Origin: Phoronis australis
Lineage: Eukaryota > Animalia > Phoronida
Assembly (NCBI GenBank): GCA_002633005.1
Contig: NMRA01000515.1
Coordinates: 213,004-277,003, forward strand
DNA: 64,000 bases
Reading direction: 5' to 3'
This document shows positions 1 through 12,247 of the stretch, piece by piece (within the stretch, counting starts at the first letter, position 1; each line of letters opens with the position of its first letter). Both the position numbers and the translations under genes were made by a program. The notes under the pieces were generated by a model, which ran no database searches, was not told where the DNA came from, and saw only the letters and a program-made list of their open reading frames with translations.

Positions 1-230
1 TTAATTCTATGTTTCTGTGGTGCTTTAAGCAACTGGTGTATAGGATGTGCTTGTATTATGAAGATTACTCACATTTTGCCCCTAGCCTATTGAGGAGACA
101 ATGACCATGCCTTTCCATTTTGCAAAGTATGCCCTCTACTGGCCACTTTATGGTACCAATAAACAACCCTAGAAGGATACCGTATGCGGTGCAATTGTGG
201 GCGCATTTCAACGCTCCGCGTTGCTCTTGT
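1..230 (+). mobile_element. 3' end of a Helentron-associated (HINE/DINE-1-like) element, same family as 33724-34951
   Basis: Ends ...gggcgcatttcaacgctccgcgttgctcttgtt, homologous to the reverse complement of 33724-33870; absent at the T-run in the other copy (~6151-6157). Confidence 0.7.
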
Positions 231-2101
231 TTATTTCAGTAGCATTAATGATTTTCAAACTTGGTATTTTTGTTCTAGTTGTCAAAAGATGTCCAGGGTC
301 GTCAGAACTGTTTCTATGTGGAGTTGGGTGATTCAAAGGAAAGACTCTGTTTCAGTGTGGAAGCTAGACAAGATGTGAATTTATTGAGAAAAGAATGGAC
401 AAATGCAACAGTAGCCACAGTTCAACGAATAAAGGTGGGATTGTTTGAACACAAAATGTAGGACAGTTCATTGTATTAAAACTTTTGTAGTAGGTAATGG
501 TGCGTTTTGCTAATTAAATGTGTTCAACACGAGTGTCAATATCCTAACATTTAAGTGTCTGACATGTTTTCATCTTCAGTCATAATCATTTTATTGCAAT
601 TTCAAAGAAGGAAAATTAACATATTATTCTTCAGTTTGAAAATAAATTGAGCTTTTTTTAATTAAAGACTTTTACCTTGTGACATCTCATTTCATAATAT
701 ATCAAATGTTTTGATTTAATTGTGAAATGAGGCTAGTTAACGCTCCTTGTACTGTGGTCAGGTTGGAGCTCACAAGTGTTATTTTTTTGGTTAATGTAAC
801 AAATTTTTATTTACCATACTTTGAAGTTGAAGCAAGTGGAAGAAAGAGGTATGAGTGTGCCCGGTTTTCGTTTGTGATACAGGTGTGATAGTTCGGGTCA
901 AAGGGGATTTTACCAGTTGCCTGAGCTCGCATTGACTCAATTGTGACTTTTTCAGAGTAAGACATATGGTTGCACTTGGCGAGGTCGAATAGCTGGTCTT
1001 GTATTCGATATTGATAAAGGGATTCAATTATATGATAAGAAAACTAAGGTATGTCTCTTTCGAAATGGACGAGTCTGATCTAGATATTAATGGTGCATTT
1101 GACCCGACTGTTTAGCTGGCTAATAATGGAAATCAAATATAGACTTTTACTCTCATGAAATCATTATCATTTTATTCCTTACCGCCATAGGGCTCTATTT
1201 CCACGAACAACTCAAGTCACAGGCAACATGTGGACATGCCATTTTCAATTCAGTATGAAGTGTTTTCTTAAGTCATTGGTGATATCAGTGTTGCTTCTTG
1301 TTTGTTGCAGGAATCAAATCCTTTCACGGTAACGTATAGCATTAGAGATATTTTATTTGAGTGAAAGATCTAATTCAATTTTTGTTCTTTAGCCGGCTGA
1401 ACAGGGCAAATATAGCTTTAAGTGGCTGTAATTGTCAAACCCTAAATGATGTTATTTCAAAATTCAACTAAAAAGTGGCATTTCAATAATCTTAAGGATC
1501 TCAAGTGACTGCGGAGGAATGGTAGCAATACATTGTAATAGATGAACAAAATGTCCACTAGATGGTGCAGGAGTTGTGACCACTTACACATCATAATGTA
1601 AAACTACAAATATTAAAAGAACCAACATACTATTGAAACCAAGCATGGGAATGGTGCTTGTTTGAAAATTGCCAGGCATCTCAACAAGAATGTCACTGTT
1701 GAACTTTATCAATTGGTTGGGAAAAGGCAGAAAACAGCAATGGACCTTTTTATGGTATGAGAATTGTGGGATTTTCATTTTTATCGCCATCTGTTGGCTG
1801 CAAATGTAGTGTACATTTTCTGGTAGCTGATTGACTGATCAGCGTCCCATTATTCATTGCAGATATCTCGCAAATCTCTAACCTACACCTACATATCTAT
1901 ATGTAGCGACACAAAAGGGAAACAATAAAAATTAATCTGCAGGCACGTTTTTTTTATATTTTAATTATCTTGGGCATTTTGAGAAGGTTCATTGAATCTG
2001 TATATTGGAGGGTGCTTCTGATAAATTGTAAACTGAAAATTCTTTTACGCTTTTACTTGAATATTTCAGACTATTGCATGGTGCTATAAATTCTCCCAGT
2101 T
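231..2101 (+). repeat. Near-identical duplicate of ~6157-7762 carrying extra copies of SNTG exons (279-434, 956-1048, partial 2070-2101); probable alternate haplotype
   Basis: Introns and exons align with scattered SNPs and indels; the copy breaks mid-exon exactly at the single N (2102). Confidence 0.85.
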
Positions 2102-2105
2102 NCAC

Positions 2106-2261
2106 CTCTTTGGTTGTGTTCCTTCAAGGCTCTAGTATAAATCTCATCTCTTTGGTTGTGTTCCTTCAAGGCTCTAGTATAAATCTCATCTCTTTGGTTG
2201 TGTTCCTTCAAGGCTCTAGTATAAATCTCATCTCTTTGGTTTTGTTCCTTCAAGGCTCTAG
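2106..2261. repeat. 42-bp tandem minisatellite, ~3.7 copies
   Basis: Unit ctctttggttgtgttccttcaaggctctagtataaatctcat; accounts for ORFs 2071-2283 and 2074-2319. Confidence 0.95.
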
Positions 2262-2515
2262 CAGTGAGGAGTGTCAAGGACATAACATAGTTGCATTTTC
2301 ATTTCAACCGTGGGGTTAGAAGAGGTGGAAATTGGTGAAGAGAGGAGGGGGGGGGGGNGGGGGGGGGGGCAGAGTGTAAAGTTGAACTTGCCTATATCCC
2401 CAAATAGTTTACCTTCTTGTAGACTTGTTCTTTGCTTTGTGTCTACCAATATGTGATATGCTGGTGAGTGGACTTAATGCTTAATGTTTTTAACATGTGT
2501 CGTGTGTTGTTGAAG

Positions 2516-2645
2516 GTCAAGTAAATTTGAAGTGATTTCTGCGACGGGTACAAGGTCTGGCCACATTCAGTGCGATGACAGTGCTACAATGGTGTCCTGG
2601 ATAGAGAGCATAACACGCAGTATAAAGGAGGCTAATAAACATTTT
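2516..2645 (+). CDS. SNTG: Gamma-syntrophin exon (PH1 C-terminal half)
   Basis: tgaag|gtcaag...catttt|gtaagt; SSKFEVISATGTRSGHIQCDDSATMVSWIESITRSIKEANKHF. Confidence 0.85.
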
Positions 2646-5600
2646 GTAAGTGAACTCCTTATTTTTCAAGGAGATTTTAGTAGTTTTGTTTATATTTCTT
2701 GGTTTATAAATTGGGCTGCACAGGGGTATTCAAGTACTATAGTATGGTATGTATCAATAGGAGGAAAATACCAGTGAAATACCTAGAGCAAAAGTACCAG
2801 ACAGGTTTTCTTATCGTCTCTTAGCCAATTCAGCTACTTGAAATATGCTCAATATTTACTTCATCAGTTTTAATATGCTCCACTTATCGACAACAAACAC
2901 CATCTCTCACGTCGAATATTTGTTAGGTGAAACTACAGAGCAGTTATTAATAAGTGGCTGACAGATCATCCGTTTACAGGTACACATGAAGACAAGATAC
3001 TGTTCCTTTAGTGTATGACTCTTATACTTAAGGGAGGGTTGCGGTCGAAGCTTGCTGTCAGTGTTTGCTTTTGACATCTTAAAATAGCAATGTGAAATGT
3101 CAAAGTTTTATTTATTGATAAATTATTGTTGGAAGCCATATCTATAATGAAATATTGATATCGTATCAATCATTGAGTCACAGCGTGCAGTCCTATTTTG
3201 TAAATTAGTTCAAGATGGGTATGTCTGTGGTGTTTCTCAGTCTTGTTTTTGACAGCTCTGTGAGCTTGGTCAATGGTAAGTTTGATGGCAAATAATGTGA
3301 TCAGAGTAATGTGATCAGAATAATGTGATCAGAATAATGTGATCAGAATAATGTGATCAGAATAATGTGATCAGAATAATGTGATCAGAGATAACATAGA
3401 ATTGCAGTGTTGTTACAAATACACATCAAAGTCTCAAAATTAATAACCAGTCATTATTCAGTTGATGAAATATGTGATTTGTGACATAAATCTTTGTGTC
3501 ATACAGATATACTCATTCAACAAACAGTTCATGCCAAGTGACCATATTGTTCATGTGTGCTGGGCCTGTCAGCTAGGTAAAACAGAATGGAAACAATGGA
3601 AAAGGAAGTTTTTAGTTTTGCGAGGACCTGATGTGTTGGTGTTTGATGCACCTCCAGTAAGTACAAGTAATTTGTTACAGCTGATACATGTATTAAAAAC
3701 TGACTTAGTGATTATGAGACTATTTTCAAGAGATACGTGAGTAAAACATGAGGTGCACCTTAAGACCTGCTGCGGAATGAAAATCTGTATTTTCAGGCTT
3801 CTTTAAATCCCGCTGATATATGAATGGAGTATTGCCAGATTGTTTGCAAGAGATATCGAAGTAGTCAAATTAACTTTTAAGTAAAAACACCAGGTGCATA
3901 ATGGAAATATGTATTCTTAAGGTCCTTTTCTTAAATTCTACTTATGTATGAATGTGAACTTTTGAACATTCTGAGACAATTTGCGTGAGGTATTTGAGTA
4001 AAACATCCAATTTTCTTAAATGCAATATGCAGAATGGAAATCTGTATTTTTCAGACTTCCTCAAATTCTGAATGTCATGCAAATTAAACATAGTAGTTCT
4101 ATTATTTATTATAATACCTTTGAAATGAAGTTAGGGATTGAGTTTGTGTCAGTCTAGTTATCAACAGTTTCTGTCTGAAGGTTTCGCTTCTCTTGCTTTT
4201 GTACAATGTTGTGTAAAGTTTTATGGAATGTAGCAGTTCTTTCTCTTTTATCTTCGCTTTCCTCCTGGATCTTTTCACGGATTTTTACAAACATTTTGTC
4301 AATTGTAAATGGTGTGTACAACTAGATAGCTGCAGACTTTTGTTTCATCTAAACCTTTGTTGGACCTATGTAGTGGCACTTAGTATGACTGCTGTGTCTA
4401 GGGGACATCTGTTTACAATATACAATATAAGGGCTGTGCACTACTCTAGTTTAGAGTTCTACTTTAATTGTAAACTGTCCATAATCTTACATTTTTGGAA
4501 ATTTTGGTGACTCATTCCCTTTTGGGATGGCTTCTTAAAAACCAAATGTCAAGAACCAAATTGCACACGCCACTTTGCGTAAACTATATTGTACTAAGGA
4601 ACTGGAGTTCATTAAAACCTTTTTGGCAATAGGTTTCAGAAGCTACAGACATATATTGTCTGAATGATTCAAATAATTATTCTTGCACGGTCATGTCACT
4701 GTTATTGTTCTTTTTTTCTTTTACGTGTTGGATTAGTAAAGCATTGCTTGTTTGTTACAGGTTAAGACAAGAGATTGGGTGCGATGTACAGATGTCTTTA
4801 AAATCTGTGAAGTAATGTTCCATTCAGCAGAGGTAAGTCAGCCCACACTTCCATTGTCAACTACAAGTTGCATCATTTTCATTGTCATGTTGGTGCATTT
4901 TAGTTTTACCAAAATTAATCATTTACCTCATTTTTGTATGAGTGTTGATTCAGAGGAAAGGTTGAGTTGATCATGTTTTTGTTACCTCAAAGCAGTTTTA
5001 GAAAGTCACATTTTTGTTGCTGTAATGGAGGTCTGTAAAGTGCCCCATTTGGCTGTGCAGTGTCAGGCCCCCCTTTAATCATGATCCTGGATCCAGGTCT
5101 GTTATATTGCAATCTTTTTTATCAGTTTGGTCCACTTAAATTGGCATGACGATTTTTAATACTTATTACTTTGTGAAATGAAATTTCTTTAAGTTTGTTG
5201 CTTTGTCATAAAATTTGTTTTTTTTTTAAATTTTTTGTTCATTTCTTTGTTCACACGCTTCATGTTGCATTTTGAATCTCATCAACATGGAATTCACACA
5301 CAACTTGTGAATGGCTCATTATTGGTTTGCGGAACCATAGCTCCACTGTCGCTGGAGGAATTTTTTTCCCTAAGACTTATCGTTCTTGTGTAATTCCAGA
5401 CTTTCTAATGGCTGCTTTCTATTTACTTAAGTTTTTGTGCCGTACCTTCGGCGTTCCTTAATATGTCTGAAATTTGGTTTGTGAATTGGTCATTTAAAGT
5501 GCTATTAGCACGTTGAAACCTGTTTCTCGATACGATTTACTGTTTTCGCAATACTCTAGATTTACTGCCTAGATGACTGCTCTTTTATTGTCTTATCTCT

Positions 5601-8236
5601 AGCTGCACTTTGTTAGCCTATCATATCCATGCTTGAGATCGAACTTTTTGTCTAATCTGCATGAAATTTTCATAGAGTTTATCTAGTTAATGACACAAGG
5701 AATGTTGTTTTTGAGCGAAATCTGATGCAAGATGGCCCTTTTTCAAATTTGTTGGTGATCCTTTGACTAAACCTTTTTAAGGCTATCTGTATTCTGGTGA
5801 TAAGTTTCTTGCTGGAACTTATCTACTCAAGTTATTCTAGGTTTTCTGCCTTCTCTTCTATTGACTGATTCCTCAGTGCACTTCTGGTGTGAGCGCTCTC
5901 TTTTACTGACTGATTCCTCAGTGCAATTAAATGTTTCATCATTTGCTATACATTGCTGTAATATAACTTGGGTTCGTGGTTGTTGACGTTGTTTGTATTG
6001 TCGTTGAACTCGTCTTTTAACTTTTCTGTTCGATTTCCCCAAGTGTCATTCTTCAGAGCCTTTTCATTTTAATGACCGTTAAAAATCTTTCATGTGCCAG
6101 TATTAAATTATTGTCGCCAAATAGAGTTGCAAATAAATTTTTGATTCTGTATTTTTTATTTCAGTAGCATTACTGATTTTCAAACTTGGTATTTTTGTTC
6201 TAGTTGTCAAAAGTTGTCCAGGGTCGTCAGAACTGTTTCTATGTGGAGTTGGGTGATTCAAAGGAAAGACTCTGTTTCAGTGTGGAAGCTAGACAAGATG
6301 TGAATTTATTGAGAAAAGAATGGATAAATGCAACAGTAGCCACAGTTCAACGAATAAAGGTGGGATTGTTTGAACACAAAATGTAGGAGGGACAGTTCAT
6401 TGTATTAAAACTTTTATAGTAGGTAATGGTGCGTTTTGCTAATTAAATGTGTTCAACATATATTACTGAGTGTCAATATCATTACATTTAAGTGTCCGAC
6501 ATGTTTTCATCTTCAGTCATAATCATTTTATTGCAATTTCAAAGAAGGAAAATTAACATATTATTCTTCAGTTTGAAAATAAATTGAGCTTTTTAATTAA
6601 AGACTTTTACCTCGTGACATCTCATTTCATAATATATCAAATGTTTTGATTTAATTGTGAAATGAGGCTAGTTAACGCTCCTTGTACTGTGGTCAGGTTG
6701 GAGCTCACAGGTGTTATTTTTTTGGTTAATGTAACAAATTTTTATTTACCATTCTTTGAAGTTGAAGCAAATGGAAGAAAGAGGGATGGGTGTGCCCGGT
6801 TTTCATTTGTGACACAGGTGTGATAGTTCGGGTCAAAGGGGATTTTACCAGTTGCCTGAGCTCGCAGTGACTCAATTGTGACTTTTTCAGAGTAAGACAT
6901 ATGGTTGCACTTGGCGAGGTCGAATAGCTGGTCTTGTATTCGATATTGATAAAGGGATTCAACTATATGATAAGAAAACTAAGGTATGTTTCTGTCGAAA
7001 TGGATGAGTCTGATCTAGATATTAATGGTGCATTTGAAACGACTGTTTAGCTGGCTAATAATGGAAATCAAATAGAGATTTTTACTCTCATGAAATCATT
7101 GTCATTATATTCCTTACCGCCATAGGACTCTGTTTCCACGAACAACTCAAGTCACAGGCAACATGTGGACGTGCCATTTTCAATTCAGTATGAAGTGTTT
7201 TCTTAAGTCATTGGTGATGTCAGAGTTGCTTCTTGTTTTTGGCAGGAATCGAATCCTTTCACGGTATCGTATAGCATTAGAGATATTTTATTTGAGTGAA
7301 AGATCCAATTCGATTTTTGTTCTTTAGCCGGCTGAACAGGGCAAATATAGCTTTAAGTGGCTGTAATTTTCAAACGCTAAATGATGTTATTTCAAAATTC
7401 AACTAAAAAGTGGCATTTCAATAATCTTAAGGATCGCAAGTGACTGCGGAGGAATGGTAGCAATACATACTAATAGATGAACAAAATGTCCACTAGATGG
7501 TGCAGGAGTTGTGACCACTTACACATCATAATGTAAAACTACAAATATTAAAAGAACCAACATACTATTGAAACCAAGCATGGGAATGGTGCTTGTTTGA
7601 AAATTGAGAACGTTTTGAGAAGGTTCATTGAATCTGTATATTGGAGGGTGCTTCTGATAAATTGTAAACTGAAAATTCTTTTACGCTTGTAAACTGAAAA
7701 TTCTTTTACGCTTTTACTTGAATATTTCAGACTATTGCATGGTGCTATAAATTCTCCCAGTTACAAAGTTCGTCTGATGATGGAAAGACAAATCTAAGGC
7801 TACTGTTCAACACTGGACAGGGTACAGACAAGAAGGTTGGTATCACTGTGGTTAAGTGGGGAATTTACATTTAATGTTTTTCACCATGTCGGTAATCTGA
7901 AGAAACAATTCATAATTGTTTTGATTTGCAGTTTTCATTCTTGTAAAGGATGAAAACTTGATTTTTGAAAAAATCTCATCCATAGTGCTGTTGATTGAAA
8001 TTCATAAAAACGTGAAGTAACCATCTCGGTCACTTTTTATGACAGAACTGTGGTACAAATATGCAAATGTTATTCCTAAAAACTATACTGTAGCACAATT
8101 TTTTTGGGATTATTTTCAGGAAATTGTGAGCACAGAGTTAAGGCCATTACTTTTCTGTCTGCACGCCTTTCTTTCCACCAAGCTGGCTAGTGTTACAAAC
8201 AGTGCTGCATCCGGGAGGCGAGACACACAGGAATGA
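2516..8236 (+). CDS. SNTG: Gamma-syntrophin (SNTG1/2-like), 3' part; exons 2516-2645, 3507-3656, 4761-4832, 6204-6359, 6891-6983, 7731-7835, 8120-8236; 5' exons (PDZ domain) lie outside the window
   Basis: AG/GT-bounded exons join in frame: SSKFEVISATGTRSGHIQC..WIESI / KFLVLRGPDVLVFDAPP / VKTRDWVRC / RQNCFYVE..LCFSVE / SKTYGCTWRG / WCYKFSQLQSSSDDGKTNLRLLF / LLFCLHAFLSTKLASV..stop. This matches recalled gamma-syntrophin PH/SU motifs (YKFSQLKGSSDDGK, LHCIHSFFAAKVA). Confidence 0.9.
3290..3388. repeat. 14-bp tandem repeat, ~7 copies
   Basis: (aataatgtgatcag)n. Confidence 0.95.
3507..3656 (+). CDS. SNTG: Gamma-syntrophin exon (PH2 start)
   Basis: atacag|ata...cctcca|gtaagt; IYSFNKQF...WKRKFLVLRGPDVLVFDAPP. 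Confidence 0.88.
4761..4832 (+). CDS. SNTG: Gamma-syntrophin exon
   Basis: ttacag|gtt...gcagag|gtaagt; VKTRDWVRCTDVFKICEVMFHSAE. Confidence 0.88.
6204..6359 (+). CDS. SNTG: Gamma-syntrophin exon (PH2 end)
   Basis: ttctag|ttg...ataaag|gtggga; LSKVVQGRQNCFYVELGDSKERLCFSVE...TVQRIK. Confidence 0.85.
6891..6983 (+). CDS. SNTG: Gamma-syntrophin exon (SU domain); absent from the ORF track
   Basis: ttttcag|agt...actaag|gtatgt; SKTYGCTWRGRIAGLVFDIDKGIQLYDKKTK. Confidence 0.88.
7731..7835 (+). CDS. SNTG: Gamma-syntrophin exon (SU domain)
   Basis: tttcag|act...aagaag|gttggt; TIAWCYKFSQLQSSSDDGKTNLRLLFNTGQGTDKK. Confidence 0.9.
8120..8236 (+). CDS. SNTG: Gamma-syntrophin last coding exon
   Basis: ttttcag|gaa...gaa TGA; EIVSTELRPLLFCLHAFLSTKLASV... 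Confidence 0.88.
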   Translation, partial: EIVSTELRPLLFCLHAFLSTKLASVTNSAASGRRDTQE

Positions 8237-9358
8237 GACTTTTCAAGAGATTTGCTTAGTGAATTACAAGTTGTCTTAAAGACCTGTGCCACTGCATTAA
8301 AGACAAGGCCACAGAGTTAGTCTTCAGAGGAACTCACTTCTTGGCATATTTACTGAATATAACTTTAATCAGTTGATAATTTACAAAATGATGCATTCTA
8401 TTTTCTAATTTGAATACAGACTATACACTTAAATGCACTGTTGCTATTTTTTACTTTGTTATTACATTATATACTACTTATTTATTTACATACTGGAGTT
8501 ACTGTCATTCATAATTTCAAAATAAGCCAAAGTTGTATTTTATTGACTTCATCCTGTAATGATTAGCATTTCATATTGTTGACACCACAAAATGTTCTAT
8601 TGAACTGGATGGACAATAATTTCTCATTGTTTTATTTCAGTTTACTATATTTCCGACAAGTTATGTACATCACTGTAGATCAAACATTGATAACTAAAAC
8701 GCGTTGTCGACACTGAAGGATATAACTAAAATTATTCTAACAAATTCCTTCTTTACTCCAGTTTACTGAAGTTGGTCACAAGCACTTGAATTAAACTATT
8801 CTTTGTAGCCACAACTGGCACCAACACTCACTGTAACCACAGGCACTCTCAGCTATTTATTATAATAGTGTCATGACAAATGGCTGATTAAATGTGCCTT
8901 TGTCATAACATGGTTATGAGTCATTTGGGAAACTTGTGTGTGCATTCAAGGGGTATATTAGGCTACAGTTGCTCACCCACAGCTCATTTCAACATGATAA
9001 CATGGGCGTAGACACTCTGAAGAGGGGTTTGGTGCAACAGGGTCTCTAGCATACCATTAAAGTTTATAGTTCAACAAGTCTGTGTATTTATTTAAATAAC
9101 ATCTACAAAACTGCTAAAATATGATGTCTTTACTGAAAGCAGAAAGTCTGAAGAACTTGATTTTTCCCGTCTAACAGACCATACTTTTTGTTAAAATTTA
9201 GTGAAACAGAAATTGTACATTTATATTGTAAAACAACAGTATCAATAATGACTCACTGAATTTAGTTTTATAATTAATGTTCAAGATGAAATATCAAAAA
9301 CACTGCTATGGATTTTTCATTCTTTCATTTTATGCAACATTTGAGTTTCTTTGTAAAN

Positions 9359-12247
9359 CGGTAATCTGAAGAAACAATTCATAATTGTTTTGATTTGCAG
9401 TTTTCATTCTTGTAAAGGATGAAAACTTGATTTTTGAAAAAATCTCATCCATAGTGCTGTTGATTGAAATTCATAAAAACCTGAAGTAACCATCTCAGTC
9501 ACTTTTTATGACAGAACTGTGGCACAACTATGCTGTAGCACAATTTTTTTGGATTATTTTCAGGAAATTGTGAGCACAGAGTTAAGGCCATTACTTTTCT
9601 GTCTGCACGCCTTTCTTTCCACCAAGCTGGCTAGTGTTTCAAACAGTGCTGCATCCGGGAGGCGAGACACACAGGAATGAGACTTTTCAAGAGATTTGCT
9701 TGGTAAATTACAAGTTGTCGTAAAGACCTGTGCCACTGCATTAAAGACAAGGCCGCAGAGTTAGTCTTCAGAGGAACTCACTTCTTGGCATATTTACCGA
9801 ATATAACTTTAATCAGTTGATAATTTACAAAATGATGCACTCTATTTTCTAATTTGAGTACAGACTATACACTTAAATACACTGTTGCTATTTTTTACTT
9901 TGTTATTACATTATATACTACTTATTTATTTACATACTGGAGTTACTGTCATTCATAATTTCAAAATAAGCCAAAGTTGTATTTTATTGACTTCATCCTG
10001 TAATGATTAGCATTTCATATTGTTGACACCACAAAATGTTCTATTGAACTGGGTGGACAATAATTTCTTATTGCTTTATTCCAGTTTACTATATTTCCGA
10101 CAAGTTATGTACGTCACTGTAGATCAAACATTGATAACTAAAACGTTGTTGACACTGAAGGATATAACCAAAATTATTCTAACAAATTCCTTCTTTACTC
10201 CAGTTTACTGAAGTTGATATTAGTGAAATAGTTTGCTGTAGACCAAATATCAGTAACTAAAGCACTAGGAGGGTCAATTATTTACTTCATATCGACTGCT
10301 GGTTCTTGTTAAACCAAACTGCACTCCTAAGACATCATTCTTTAGCCTTCTTGCTGCCCAATAGCCTACTCAAAGAAAACTGAGCTAATTTGACAAATAT
10401 AAAACTTGGATAAATTTTAAGTAAAATTTTTTTTAAGTTCCAAAAAGGTGATCTTAAGTTGGTCTTAAATATCTATGTAAGATTTGACTTTCTGGAGTTT
10501 TCGGGCCACATATATGCCCAGCAGTCATATGCGAAGAGAATTTTCTGAATGTACGGAATTGACAGTTTGTTATCGAAGGCTCTCAAATATGAACAGGCCA
10601 CTAATAGGTAACAATCATTACTTCAAATTTTTTCTTTGTTATTGGAATATTCACCTCTGGCTTGTTTGCCTAGAACTCCAGTGATGCGCATGAAGTGAAG
10701 CTCTGTGTTTGGAGGTCAAAGTTTCACTTTCACTGCAGAAGATAAAATGTACGGAGTTTTGAGAAGGTGTTTTACATAAGTGAAACTTTCCTGCTTGGTT
10801 GCTGGAACAAACTCTTGTTGGATCAAATGTAGCAGCCATTCTGACAACTTAAGACAAACTTGCAAAATAAGCTAAAACAGATCTTAAGATTTAAGGCCAT
10901 CAACTGGCCCCTGACCACTGTTACTATAAAGAGTTGCACTGTAAGAGACCTGTCACACAACGGAACTCCTCAGTCCAACGGCGTGAGGAATGACAGCATT
11001 GTACAGTCCGAGTTGGTCACAAGCACTTGAATTAAACTATTCTTTGTAGTCACCACTGGCATCAACACTCACTGTAACCACAGGCACTCTCAGCTATTTA
11101 TTATAATAGTGTCATGACAAACGGCTGATTAAATGTGCCTGTGTCATAACATGGTTATGAGTCATTGGGGAAACTTGTGTGTGCATTCAAGGGGTATATT
11201 AGGCTACAGTTGCTCACCCACAGCTCATTTCAACATGATTACATGGGCGTGGGCACTCTGAAGAGGGGTTTGGTGCAACAGGGTCTCTAGCATACCATTA
11301 AAGTTTATAGGAGTTCAACAAGTATGTGCATTTATTTAAACAACATCTACAAAACTGCTAAAATATGATGTCTTTACTGTGTAACAGGAGTGCCCTGGAC
11401 ATGATTATGTAAGTAAGATATATGCGCCCTCTAGTGGTCAAGCTGTGTATTACGTATGGAATTTTCCTATGATTTTGAGTCCTTTGGACATGGCCAAATA
11501 TGGTCACAGCCTAGGAGCTATGGGCCTTGCCCTTCAGATCGTGTCTGATTGGTTGAAATTGTGTACTTAAGCTTTGTCTCTGTCAGACACGAGGAGTCCA
11601 GTCGCAGAGTTCAAGAAGCAAACGTGTACACCTTCACTCACACCAAATTGCAACTGTTTGTGCAGCTTTCGGGCTCCTCCCGAACTTGGTTGCCAGTAGT
11701 TTAGCCCCAGCAATTCTCGGGCTCCTCCAGAGCTTGATTGCACCTCACCTTTTGGATCTGAATAACCAAATTGCCCCGTTCTTGCACACACAACTATTAA
11801 TCAGCGACTGGCTTGCCCGTGTATCAGAACTGTATAAATCACAACGCTGCGATACCAAGTCATGGAACAACTGGATTGCTTGTAAGTGTGAAATATTGTA
11901 GTTATATATTCTTACAACAAACCTATGTATTATTCACCAACTTTTAGTTTTCAATATCACCCTCAGTCCGCACCGGGCTCGTAAAATCGGGGCACCTTGG
12001 TCGTAGATACCGCCCCCGTTACAACTGAAAGCAGAAAGTCTGAAGAACTTGATTTTTCACGTGTAACAGACCATACTTTTTGTTAAAATTTAGTGAGACA
12101 GAAATTGTACATTTATAGTGTAAAACAACAGTATCAATAATGACTCACTGAATTTAGTTTTATAATTAATGTTCAAGATGAAATATCAAAAACACTGCTA
12201 CAGATTTTTCATCCTTTCGTTTTATGCAACATTTGAGTTTCTTTGTA
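9359..12247 (+). repeat. Near-identical duplicate of ~7889-9357, including a second copy of the last SNTG exon (9564-9680) and two extra segments; probable alternate haplotype
   Basis: Starts immediately after N 9358 with the text found at 7889 (cggtaatctgaagaaac); co-linear up to ...ctttgtaaa. Confidence 0.85.
11380..12023. mobile_element. Solo LTR (644 bp), probably Ty3/Gypsy-type, polymorphic insertion
   Basis: Termini TGTAAC...GTTACA; 4-bp TSD ACTG at 11376-11379 and 12024-12027; the empty site (tctttACTGaaagcag) is seen in the other copy at ~9132. Confidence 0.85.

Noticed and set aside
279-1048. A second syntrophin paralog or mutually exclusive exons
   Set aside because: Introns are nearly identical too and the copy breaks at an N join; a haplotype duplicate is the simpler explanation.
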